Assembly (NCBI RefSeq): GCF_018350175.1 | Contig: NC_058368.1 | Location: 146,446,001 to 146,510,000, forward strand | Length of the DNA stretch: 64,000 nt | Reading direction: 5' to 3' | Source of the DNA: Felis catus | Lineage: Eukaryota | In this document: positions 25,239 to 37,210 of the stretch, piece by piece | How positions within the stretch are numbered: position 1 is the first letter of the stretch | How the letters are laid out: each line of letters begins with the position of its first letter | Position numbers and translations under genes: made by a program | Notes under the pieces: generated by a model | Told to the model about the DNA's origin: nothing | Databases searched by the model: none | Seen by the model: the letters and a program-made list of their open reading frames with translations, nothing else

Positions 25239-26467
25239 AAAAACAAATAAACATAGAAAAAAAACTGATTGTACCTCTTTCATATCTTAGAAAAATTTTA
25301 TAGTGTTTAGGAAAAAAACAAACATTAGCGATCAGTTTGCAACCAAGAAAACCAATATAGTGAGCTTACCAAGGCCTCCTGACACCTGACTCTCTTGAAC
25401 TGAATCTAGAAGTTGGTTTCTTAATGTGCCTTTTTGTGTTATTTCATGTTCCATTTGCAGCTCCCAAATTAACTTTTTTTATGCTAGGCTTCATTTTTTC
25501 AGAATAGTTTTAGATATACAGAAAAATTGAAAAGATAATAATATTACCGTATACACCACACTCAGCTTTTCTCTATTATTTACACTTTGTATGGGTGTGG
25601 TACATTCATTATAGTTAGTAAACCAACGTCGATACCTTTTAAGTCCATTATTTACTCAGATAGTTACTCTTTAGTTCTAATATAAATTAATTTCACAGGC
25701 TGCTTATTAGTGTGCTTGGGTAAGGAGGAAGAAAGTGTTTTGTGATAAAATAAGCTTAAATGCTAAGTTAAACAAAGTTAGACATATTCCCGACCTGAAG
25801 AACTCAGAGTTCTTAAGGTAAGTAATTGGAATCTCTAAGTGGAGTTAGGAATATGTTGTATTTTCCAAAATTATTGGGTAACTGAACATTTCAAAGGACT
25901 TAGACTCTGAGGGAACACTCTTTGAAAAATTCTGTCCTACATTATGGCCTATCACATAAATTGCACTTAATACAGATCTGAAAGCATGAAAACTCGTTTC
26001 ATTAGCATCATCTCTGAAAGTATGGCTGAGAAATTGATAACAGTGCTTAGTTCCTGGAGGTAACTATTGGCTAAGGGTGTAAGGATATGAGTAGAATCTA
26101 TTTCTTATGGACTATTATGTACCTTTAAAATTTTTGTGTCAAGTGCATGTATTACTTCTTCAAAAACTAACAAAATGGTATAAATTGGATTACTCTATAA
26201 TTCAGCATATCCTGGAAAAAAATTATTGACTGTGCAAATATGGATTTTGCTACCATGATTGTTATGGTGTACGTCCACAACAATAAAACATTGTTGCTAA
26301 TAACTAAAATCATATGCCTATACTCTATCCTCAAATATGAGTTGATAAATTGTTTAACATAAAATTATCAGTATAAGAATATTTTAGAAAATAACCAATA
26401 CAAGGTGTTCCTAGGTAAGTTCACAATAAGAAATCAGAAAATTATATTCAGAAGGCATGCATGTCTT

Positions 26468-26684
26468 GGGGCACCTGGGTGACTTAGTTGGTTAAACGTC
26501 CCAGTCTTGATTCCAACTCAGGTCAGAATATCAACTCAGGTCAGGTTTGTGGGATTGAGCCCCATATCAGGCTCCACACTGACAGCCCACAGCCTGCTTG
26601 GGATTGGGATTCTTTCCACCGCCCCTCAAAATAAATAAATGAACTTCAAAAAAATAAATAAATAAATAAATGAACTTAAAAAAA
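26468..26684 (+). mobile_element. CanSINE
   Basis: TSD ATGCATGTCT; internal duplication of CAACTCAGGTCAG and of the tail unit. Confidence 0.88.
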
Positions 26685-28792
26685 ATGCATGTCTGTAATT
26701 TAATAGAATGAATAGTGTAGTATGTTTGATTGATTATAGTTTTTGGTTTAATATAAAAATATGTTTTTAAAAGTTGGTTTTTCTGGAGAAATTAACCCAA
26801 ATTTGCCCAAGACCATCAAAGTGTAAGGGTTCATTAAACAATATGTTCTACAAAGAGGGATTCATCATAATTTAGCCTCAGTACAAAAGCAACTTTTCAG
26901 CTGTTTCACTGGGAAATGTCTATCCAAATAAAATTGTAAAATACTTGGCTACAGGAGCCTATACTGTAGCATATTATTCTGATTTACAAAACTAAACTAT
27001 TAACCTCCTTTTACTTATTTTTTCCCACATATTTATATCATTAATATCATTATCATAATTATCATTATTTTACCCTTCCAGGAGTCTTGGGAAGTATGTA
27101 GCATGGATTTATCGCTGATGCCACTTTACAAAGCAGGGGATGGATGCAGCAGCCTAGTGGTATTGTCTAGGTTACTCAGAACACTCTCAGCTCCAGTCTC
27201 TTGACCCCGCTCTTTGGTACTTCTTGTGAATATTATGCTCCCTGGCTGTAGCCACAGCTTCATTATACACGGCCTCAATAATCAGAAATTGAGACAGAAT
27301 TAATTAAAAGAAAGATGATATTTAAGAATTTAAAAAAATAACAATAACGTCCAAGGAATTTCAGAATCATAACACAACGAGAACTGATTCTCAGGATGAT
27401 CACCCAAAGGAGATGTTCAATTTCGATCTGCAGCCTCTATTAATTAAGTCAGGAAAGTAGAAGATTGCATTTTGCAGTTTTCAGGTGACATCATTTTTCA
27501 TGAGTGTTCAGCCATCCAGAAACCAAACCCAAATCAGTTTTACCACTTGATACCAATTTTATACCTGAACATTCCAGTGAATTTTCTTCTGAAGTTTGCA
27601 TCTTCCTAGAGAGTAGAAACCATGTGGTCCTCATCAAGTGCTGATATGGTACCTATATGGGCAAATGCGTAATCAGTGCTTCTGTATATATATTAATAAA
27701 TATGCATGAGGATTAAGAAGCAGGAAAGTGGATAGTTATTAAAAGCCATAGAATTTGTCATCACATTAAAATTTACTCAAGATTAAGTAGTCATTTCTAT
27801 GTTCATCTCATTTTAGACTTGGAAAGAAAAACATTTCAGTACATGAAATCACAGATCATTATTAAATTCCATGTTAGACTTGATAGTTATGTTTTAAAGC
27901 AGGGCCAAACTTAATGAAAGCTTTCAAGTAATCAGGTAAATCTCTTAAGATTGTAGACTCTTAAGATCGACTTTTTTTAGGGCCAAATGATTAAGACTTT
28001 GTGTTAGCAAGAATAATTATATAGTCAACAGGGAGTGTCAGTATCATGGAAGTGGGATGATCCAGTTCCGAGCCGTTGTCGTTTGATACTTTGCGTAGTT
28101 TAGCATTTTCAGATTAAGTAAGCAGTACATGGCATTGATGGACTGTGGGTGATGGGAACAAAGCCACAGCGGCAGTATCCCTCCCACCTCCCTCAAAGGA
28201 CTGATTAGGCAACAGCAGTCTGCATCATTGAAGTGCTTCAGCTGGGGCAGTGTCTCTGTTAGAGGCTGGAAACCCTTACTCATCTTTGTGGCCTCTTTTC
28301 TTCCCTCACGAGGCATAAAATGCAGAACAGAGAACGGAACATGCCAAATAAGGGGAGAAAGGAAGAAGGGAAATTTTGTAACTCTCTGACATACTTCAGT
28401 GTTTCACTCTTTGGTCAGACCTTATTTTTGTGGGAATAAGTAGTCAGAATTGCTTTTACTTGGGATACCCACTTTTACTATGCCAGAGGGACGGCCTGCT
28501 TAATTTTGTTCCCTGTCCCCTTGTTATTTGTTCTAGGCTCACCTGGGCCACATATTAAAAAGAGGTATAAGACTTTTTTCCCAGAATATTTTAGTCCAGC
28601 ACACTTTGTTGCTAATAGAAGAATTCTAAAAGTGTTCAAGGAATTTGGATAAGGAAATCTGATTTTTAATTTCATTAATCCAGACTAGTAATGTTTACTG
28701 ATTTGTTCTCAAAAGTAGTTATACATTGTTTCTGCCAGTTGTTTGGGGTTTGGGGACAGGAGAGAGTGGTAGCAATTTTAAAAGATTTTACA

Positions 28793-29012
28793 GTGTGCCT
28801 GGGTGGCTTAGTCGGTTAAGCGTCCGACTTTGGCTCAGGTCACGATCTCATGGTCTGTGAGTTTGAGCCCCTCATCGGGCTCTGTGCTGACAGCTCAGAG
28901 CCTGTAGCCTGCTTCAGATTCCGTGTCTCCCTCTCACTCTACCCCTCCCCTGCTCATGTTCTATCTCTCAAAAATAAATAAATGTTTAAAAAAAATTTTA
29001 AGTAAAAAATAG
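28793..29012 (+). mobile_element. CanSINE
   Basis: TSD AAGATTTTACA; canonical body. Confidence 0.92.
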
Positions 29013-29924
29013 AAGATTTTACACTATATTCACTGCTCAGGGGCTACCAGCTCTCCCTAATGTAACTCCCTGAATTTATTTATTTATTTATTTTAGCTGA
29101 GGAATGAACAAATCACAAAATCCATACTTTTAAGACAAAATAGAATGTCTTAAAAAATATAGAGTGTTTTTAATTGTTTTAATTGTTTTAATCATAAACA
29201 GAGTATCATAGACTGGGATGGAGAGCATACTCAATCATGACTATCAGGAAGCTTTATACCAATGTGATAAAGGGCTGGATGTGTGAACAGTGAAGGCAAG
29301 GCAGAATCCTAACAGAGAGTGACAGATTCAGAAGCACAGAAAAAGGAAAACACAAACTATGCTTAGGAACAGAAAGCAGTTCTTTTTTAGTTTTAGTGTA
29401 GGACATAGTGGGAAGGTTGAAGAGAGAGCGCTTCAAAGGTAAGCTGAAAGCCAGGAGGCATGTTGTGGTTGTGTATACGACTCTTATGTATACGTGACAC
29501 ACTGTATAAGATTGGCTGTCTACAACCATATGGAATTCTAGATAGAAAATTTTAGATCAGATAACTTAGAGTTAATACTAAATAATTGAACCTTATATTC
29601 AGCTTCTGTAAAGGAAGTTTTTATGAAGCATGCAGTATACTCTGTCTTATTAACGTGTATTATATCTTGCCCTTTTCCACACTATGTTTCATGAAGCCCT
29701 AAAATTGTTAAATGTATTTTGGAGGACCAAAAGAGCTGATGGTAAATAAGAGGGTCTTCCTCCTATATCTTCTCCCTCATTCTGCAGCATTTCAATTTTT
29801 TACTATCTGGTTTGTTAGATGATTTCTACAAAAGTTCATGTAAAAAAAAAGGGAGTTTCACCAATAAAATGAAATGTGGGTCTAGTGCAGAATTCTTGTG
29901 TAGTTGTATTACTAAGAAAGCATT

Positions 29925-30861
29925 GAGAAGCGGCAAGATGGCGGCTTAGGAGGACGCTGGGCTCACCGCGCGTCCTGCTGATCACTTAGATTCCACCTAC
30001 ACCTGCCTAAATAACCCAGAAAACCGCCAGAGGATTAGCAGAACAGAGTCGCTGGAGCCAAACGCAGACGAGAGGCCCACGGAAGAGGGTAGGAAGGGCG
30101 GCGAGGCGGTGCACGCTCCACGGACTGGCGGGAGGGAGCCGGGGCGGAGGGGCGGAGGGGCGGCTCGCCGGCCAAGCAGAGCCCCCGAGTCTGGTTGGCA
30201 AAAGCGGAGGGGCCTGACGGACTATGTTCTGACAGCAAGCGCGACTTAGCCTCTGGGAGGTCGTAAGTTAACAGCTCTGCTCGGAAAGCGGGAAGGCTGG
30301 AGGACAAAGGGAGGGAGAGCTGCTGAGCCCCCTGACGACAGAGCTCAGTTTGGTGGGGAACAAAGGCGCTCGCGAGCGCCATCTCCCCCGCCCATCCCCC
30401 AGCCAAAATCCCAAAGAGAACCAGTTCCTGCCAGGGAACTTGCTCGCTCCGCACAAACACCCACCTCTGTGCTTCTGCGGAGCCAAACCTCCGGCAGCGG
30501 ATCTGACTCCCTCCCGCTGCCACAGGGCCCCTCCTGAAGAGGATCACCTAAGGAGAAGCGATCTAAGCCTGCCCCTCCTGCCCCCCGTGAACCTTGCCTA
30601 CCCACCCCAGCTAATACGCCAGATCCGCAGCATCACAAGCCTGGCAGTGTGCAAGTAGCCCAGACGGGCCACACCACCCCACAGTGAATCCCGCCCCTAG
30701 GAGAGGGGAAGAGAAGGCACACACCAGTCTGACTGTGGCCCCAGCGGTGGGCTGGGGGCAGACATCATGTCTGACTGCGGCCCCGCCCACCAACTCCAGT
30801 TATACACCACAACACAGGGGAAGGGCCCTGCAGGTCCTCACCACGCCAGGGACTATCCAAA
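29925..30861 (+). promoter_or_regulatory. L1 5'UTR internal Pol II promoter
   Basis: YY1-type CAAGATGGCG at 29934-29943, tandem GGGGCGG(A) Sp1 boxes at ~30141-30163, CpG-rich compared with the flanks. Confidence 0.8.
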
Positions 30862-31752
30862 ATGACCAAGCGGAAGAATTCCCCTCAGAAGAATCTCCAG
30901 GAAATAACAACAGCTAATGAGCTGATCAAAAAGGATTTAAATAATATAACAGAAAGTGAATTTAGAATAATAGTCATAAAATTAATCGCTGGGCTTGAAA
31001 ACAGTATACAGGACAGCAGAGAATCTCTTGCTACAGAGATCAAGGGACTAAGGAACAGTCACGAGGAGCTGAAAAACGCTTTAAACGAAATGCATAACAA
31101 AATGGAAACCACCACAGCTCGGCTTGAAGAGGCAGAGGAGAGAATAGGTGAACTAGAAGATAAAGTTATGGAAAAAGAGGAAGCTGAGAAAAAGAGAGAT
31201 AAAAAAATCCAGGAGTATGAGGGGAAAATTAGAGAACTAAGTGATACACTAAAAAGAAATAATATACGCATAATTGGTATCCCAGAGGAGGAAGAGAGAG
31301 GGAAAGGTGCTGAAGGGGTACTTGAAGACATAATAGCTGAGAACTTCCCTGAACTGGGGAAGGAAAAAGGCATTGAAATCCAAGAGGCACAGAGAACTCC
31401 CTTCAGACGTAACTTGAATCAATCTTCTGCACGACATATCATAGTGAAACTGGCAAAATACAAGGATAAAGAGAAAATTCTGAAAGCAGCAAGGGGTAAA
31501 CGTGCCCTCACATATAAAGGGAGACCTATAAGACTCGTGACTGATCTCTCTTTTGAAACTTGGCAGGCCAGAAAGAATTGGCAGGAGATTTTCAGGGTGC
31601 TAGACAGAAAAAATATGCAGCCGAGAATCCTTTACCCAGCAAGTCTGTCATTTAGAATAGGAGAGAGAAAGGTTTTCCCAAACAAACAAAAACTGAAGGA
31701 ATTTGTCACCACTAAACCAGCCCTACAAGAGATCCTAAGGGGGACCCTGTGA
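30862..31752 (+). CDS. LINE-1 ORF1p (coiled coil, RRM, CTD), 296 aa, uninterrupted
   Basis: Motifs RLEEAEERIGELED, KRNNIRIIGIPE, EDIIAENFP, ARHIIVK, RILYPASLSF. Confidence 0.93.
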   Translation: MTKRKNSPQKNLQEITTANELIKKDLNNITESEFRIIVIKLIAGLENSIQDSRESLATEIKGLRNSHEELKNALNEMHNKMETTTARLEEAEERIGELEDKVMEKEEAEKKRDKKIQEYEGKIRELSDTLKRNNIRIIGIPEEEERGKGAEGVLEDIIAENFPELGKEKGIEIQEAQRTPFRRNLNQSSARHIIVKLAKYKDKEKILKAARGKRALTYKGRPIRLVTDLSFETWQARKNWQEIFRVLDRKNMQPRILYPASLSFRIGERKVFPNKQKLKEFVTTKPALQEILRGTL

Positions 31753-31802
31753 GACAAAGTCCCAGAGACATCACTACAAGCATAAAACATACAGACATCA
31801 CA

Positions 31803-34800
31803 ATGACTCTCAACCCGTATCTTTCTATAATAACACTGAATGTAAATGGATTAAATGCACCAACCAAAAGACATAGGGTATCAGAATGGATAAAAAAACA
31901 AGACCCATCTATTTGCTGTCTACAAGAGACTCATTTTAGACCTGAGGACACCTTTAGATTGAGAGTGAGGGGATGGAGAACTATTTATCATGCGACTGGA
32001 AGCCAAAAGAAAGCTGGAGTAGCCATACTTATATCAGACAAACTAGACTTTAAATTAAAGGCTGTAACAAGAGATGAAGAAGGACATTATATAATAGTTA
32101 CAGGGTCTATCCATCAGGAAGAGCTAACAATTATAAATGTCTATGCGCCGAATACCGGAGCCCCCAAATATATAAAACAATTACTCATAAACATAAGCAA
32201 CCTTATTGATAAGAATGTGGTAATTGCAGGGGACTTTAACACCCCACTTACAGAAATGGACAGATCATCTAGACACACGGTCAATAAAGAAACAAGGGCC
32301 CTGAATGAGACATTGGATCAGATGGACTTGACAGATATATATTTAGAACTCTGCATCCCAAAGCAACAGAATATACTTTCTTCTCGAGTGCACATGTAAC
32401 ATTCTCCAAGATAGATCATATACTGGGTCACAAAACAGCCCTTCATAAGTTTACAAGAATTGAAATTATACCATGCATACTTTCAGACCACAATGCTATG
32501 AAGCTTGAAATCAACCACAGAAAAAAGTCTGGAAAACCTCCAAAGGCATGGAGGTCAAAGAACACCCTACTAACGAATGAGTGGGTCAACCAGGCAATTA
32601 GAGAAGAAATTAAAAAATATATGGAAACAAACGAAAATGAAAATACAACAATCCAAACGCTTTGGGACGCAGCGAAGGCAGTCCTGAGAGGAAAATACAT
32701 TGCAATCCAGGCCTATCTCAAGAAACAAGAAAAATCCCAAATACAAAATCTAACAGCACACCTAAAGGAACTAGAAGCAGAACAGCAAAGGCAGCCTAAA
32801 CCCAGCAGAAGAAGAGAAATAATAAAGATCAGAGCAGAAATAAACAATATAGAATCTAAAAAAACTGTAGAGCAGATCAACGAAACCAAGAGTTGGTTTT
32901 TTGAAAAAATAAACAAAATTGACAGACCTCTAGCCAGGCTTCTCAAAAAGAAAAGGGAGATGACCCAAATAGATAAAATCATGAATGAAAATGGAATTAT
33001 TACAACCAATCCCTCAGAGATACAAACAATTATCAGGGAATACTATGAAAAATTATATGCCAACAAATTGGACAACCTGGAAGAAATGGACAAATTCCTG
33101 AACACCCACACTCTTCCAAAACTCAATCAGGAGGAAATAGAAAGCTTGAACAGACCCATCACCAGCGAAGAAATTGAATCGGTTATCAAAAATCTCCCAA
33201 CAAATAAGAGTCCAGGACCAGATGGCTTCCCAGGGGAGTTCTACCAGACGTTTAAAGCAGAGATAATACCTATCCTTCTCAAGCTATTCCAAGAAATAGA
33301 AAGGGAAGGAAAGCTTCCAGACTCATTCTATGAAGCCAGTATTACTTTGATTCCTAAACCAGACAGAGACCCAGTAAAAAAAGAGAACTACAGGCCAATA
33401 TCCCTGATGAATATGGATGCAAAAATTCTCAATAAGATACTAGCAAATCGAATTCAACGGCATATAAAAAGAATTATTCACCATGATCAAGTGGGATTCA
33501 TCCCTGGGATGCAGGGCTGGTTCAACATTTGCAAATCAATCAATGTGATACATCACATTAACAAAAAAAAAGAGAAGAACCATATGATCCTGTCAATCGA
33601 TGCAGAAAAGGCCTTTGACAAAATCCAGCACCTTTCTTAATAAAAACCCTTGAGAAAGTCGGGATAGAAGGAACATACTTAAAGATTATAAAAGCCATTT
33701 ATGAAAAGCCCACAGCTAACATCATCCTCAACGGGGAAAAACTGAGAGCTTTTTCCCTGAGATCAGGAACACGACAAGGATGCCCACTCTCACCGCTGCT
33801 GTTTAACATAGTGCTGGAAGTTCTAGCATCAGCAATCAGACAACAAAAGGAAATCAAAGGCATCAAAATTGGCAAAGATGAAGTCAAGCTTTCGCTTTTT
33901 GCAGATGACATGATATTATACATGGAAAATCCGATAGACTCCACCAAAAGTCTACTAGAACTGATACATCAATTCAGCAAAGTTGCAGGATACAAAATCA
34001 ATGTACAGAAATCAGTTGCATTCTTATACACCAACAATGAAGCAACAGAAAGACAAATAAAGAAACTGATCCCATTCACAATTGCACCAAGAAGCATAAA
34101 ATACCTAGGAATAAATCTAACCAAAGATGTAAAGGATCTGTATGCTGAAAACTATAGAAAGCTTATGAAGGAAATTGAAGAAGATTTAAAGAAATGGAAA
34201 GACATTCCCTGCTCATGGATTGGAAAAATAAATATTGTCAAAATGTCAATACTACCCAAAGCTATCTACACATTCAATGCAATCCCAATCAAAATTGCAC
34301 CAGCATTCTTCTAGAAACTAGAACAAGCAATCCTAAAATTCATATGGAACCACAAAAGGCCCCGAATAGCCGAAGGAATTTTGAAGAAGAAGACCAAAGC
34401 AGGAGGCATCACAATCCCAGACTTTAGCCTCTACTACAAAGCTGTCATCATCAAGACAGCATGGTATTGGCACAAAAACAGACACATAGACCAATGAAAT
34501 AGAATAGAAACCCCAGAACTAGACCCACAAACGTATGGCCAACTCATCTTTGACAAAGCAGGAAAGAACATCCAATGGAAAAAAGACAGCCTCTTTAACA
34601 AATGGTGCTGGGAGAACTGGACAGCAACATGCAGAAGGTTGAAACTAGACCACTTTCTCACACCATTCACAAAAATAAACTCCAAATGGATAAAGGACCT
34701 AAATGTGAGACAGGAAACCATCAAAACCTTAGAGGAGAAAGCAGGAAAAGACCTCTCTGACCTCAGCCGTAGCAATCTCTTACTCGACACATCCCCAAAG

Positions 34801-35628
34801 GCAAGGGAATTAAAAGCAAAAGTGAATTCCTGGGACCTTATGAAGATAAAAAGCTTCTGCACAGCAAAGGAAACAACCAACAAAACTAAAAGGCAACCAA
34901 CGGAATGGGAAAAGATATTCGCAAATGACATATCGGACAAAGGGCTAGTATCCAAAATCTATAAAGAGCTCACCAAACTCCACACCCGAAAAACAAATAA
35001 CCCAGTGAAGAAATGGGCAGAAAACATGAATAGACACTTCTCTAAAGAAGACATCCGGATGGCCAACAGGCACATGAAAAGATGTTCAGCGTCGCTCCTT
35101 ATCAGGGAAATACAAATCAAAACCACACTCAGGTATCACCTCACGCCAGTCAGAGTGGCCAAAATGAACACATCAGGAGACTACAGATGCTGGAGAGGAT
35201 GTGGAGAAACGGGAACCCTCTTGCACTGTTGGTGGGAATGCAAATTGGTGCAGCCGCTCTGGAAAGCAGTGTGGAGGTTCCTCAGAAAATTAAAAATAGA
35301 CCTACCCTATGACCCAGCAATAGCACTGCTAGGAACTTATCCAAGGGATACAGGAGTACTGATGCATAGGGCCACTTGTACCCCAATGTTCATAGCAGCA
35401 CTCTCAACAATAGCCAAATTATGGAAAGAGCCTAAATGTCCATCAACTGATGAATGGATAAAGAAATTGTGGTTTATATACACAATGGAATATTACGTGG
35501 CAATGAGAAAAAATGAAATATGGCCTTTTGTAGCAACGTGGATGGAACTGGAGAGTGTGATGCTAAGTGAAATAAGCTATACAGAGAAAGACAGATACCA
35601 TATGGATTCACTCTTATGTGGACCCTGA
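31803..35628 (+). pseudogene. LINE-1 ORF2 (endonuclease/reverse transcriptase), disrupted
   Basis: TLNVNGLN, LQETH, GDFN, SDH, QGCPLSP, FADDM and CWRGC...HCWWEC motifs are present; +2 frameshift at ~32337-32342, -1 frameshift at ~33631, TAG at 34312-34314, TGA at 34495-34497. Confidence 0.95.
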
Positions 35629-36312
35629 GAAATTAACAGGAACCCATGGGGGAGGGGAAGGAAAAAAAAAAAGAGGTTAGAGTGGGAGAGAGCCAAAGCA
35701 TAAGAGACTCTTAAAAACTGAGAACAAACTGAGGGTTGATGGGGGGTGGGAGGGAGGAGAGGGTGGGTGATGGGTATTGAGGAGGGCACCTTTTGGGATG
35801 AGCACTGGGTGTTGTATGGAAACTAATTTGTCAATAAATTTCATATAAAAAAAAAGAAAATAATATAACAAGACAAAAAAAAAAAGAAAAAGAAAGCATT
35901 AACTTATTGTAGGAGGCCATTTCTTTTAATGCTATGACATAAATATTGTGGATAGATGAATGGATAGAAGCATAGGCACATGGTGTGGGATATTTTAATG
36001 GAAAATGTGTGTATGAGATTAAGTTAGTATATTATAGAAACAGGCCAGTTTTAACCATTTATATTTTGGAGAAAAGAAAAATCTTGTTTAATACATGGAT
36101 ACTGGCATTTACAAACTAGTTTCCTGGTTTCCTTAGAAAGGTCAATACTAAAAGTCCTCCATACTTCTGAACATATTTTTTGCCCTTAATTCAAAAGCTC
36201 TGTTGAAAAATATTGACTCTTTCCATTCTAAAAAAAAAAAAATGTAAGTACTTGTAATATTTGGGACATTCTTTACCAAATAGAAAAAAGATTCTTATTT
36301 AATATATATCTT

Positions 36313-36314
<2 letters not shown>

Positions 36315-36360
<46 letters not shown>
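36315..36360. repeat. (TA)23 microsatellite
   Basis: Read directly. Confidence 0.95.
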
Positions 36361-36363
<3 letters not shown>

Positions 36364-36596
36364 GTATTTTTTAAATGAAATATTTCAAACTAACAGGGGC
36401 TTTTATATATGTATTCTACTGTGGTCACTTGTTGAGACCTGAATGGCTCTAGCAGGAGGCTCACTTAGGAAAGCAGCGAGAGTTAAAGCTAAATGGGAAG
36501 GATGGGCCAGATGTAGGGAAGGTGATAAAGAAAAACTAGCAGCACTAGAAGTCTCATTATTTTTTATCATGTTTTCACATTTATTCTAAGTATCTC

Positions 36597-37210
36597 TGTG
36601 GCTGGCAGAGTAATGCACCCCTCCCCTCCCAAGATGTCAACTTCCTAATACCTGGAACCTGTGAACATGTTACCTTATATGGTGACAGGTGAAAGGAAGG
36701 CGTTGTGTAGTAGGCTGAATAATAATTTCCAAAGATATATCCAGGTCACAACCTTGCCTTATGAATGTTGCATTATATGGCAAATAGATGTTGCAGTTGT
36801 GATTAAATTAGGAGTGTGGAGATACAGAAATTATCCTGGATCATCCACATGAGACCTATAAGCAGTTGCAAGTGTCCTTATTAGAAGGAGGAAGAGGTCG
36901 ATTTTAGACAGAGGACAAAGAAGCTATGTGATGGAAGAAGAGTCAGAGAGAAAAGATGCTAAGCTGCTGACTTTGACCACACAGGAAGGGGGTATGAGTC
37001 AAGGAATGAAAGAAATGCAGCCCTAGACACTGAAAAAAGCAAGGAAATAGATAGGCTCTAGAGCTTCCAGAGGGAAAATCGCCCTGCTAGCACCTTGGCT
37101 GGAGCCCCTTTACACTCATTTCAGACTTGTGGCCTCCAGACTGTAAGGGAATAAATTTCTGTTGTGAAAGGCAAAAAGCTTGTTGTCATTAACCACAGAA
37201 AATTAATACA
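36597..37210 (+). mobile_element. MaLR LTRs: ~100-bp MLT1D-like 5' piece followed by a complete MLT1C/D-like LTR (36706-37210)
   Basis: Two successive LTR starts (TGTGGCTGGCAGAGTAATG; TGTAGTAGGCTGAATAAT); end GGCCTCCAGACTGTAAGGGAATAAATTTCTGTTG...AATTAATACA. Confidence 0.75.

Larger units (their letters stand above)
29925..35889 (+). mobile_element. Full-length (~5.96 kb) felid-type LINE-1
   Basis: GC-rich 5'UTR, ORF1, ORF2 (EN, RT, CCHC), G-rich 3'UTR, AATAAA at 35833, A-tail; TSD AAGAAAGCATT at 29914-29924 and 35890-35900. Confidence 0.98.

Noticed and set aside
25775..25825. Strong donor AAG|GTAAGT at 25817
   Set aside because: Lies within a DNA-transposon relic and has no good upstream acceptor
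30007..30917. Several ORFs of up to 170 aa on both strands in the L1 5'UTR (ORF0-like?)
   Set aside because: Those I checked start at GTG/TTG rather than ATG, and GC-rich DNA is naturally poor in stop codons; no recognisable protein
31716..31802. ORF2 frame is open across the inter-ORF spacer and overlaps the ORF1 stop (track ORF starting 31749)
   Set aside because: The start is a GTG and there is no slippery site; the conserved ORF2 start is the ATG at 31803
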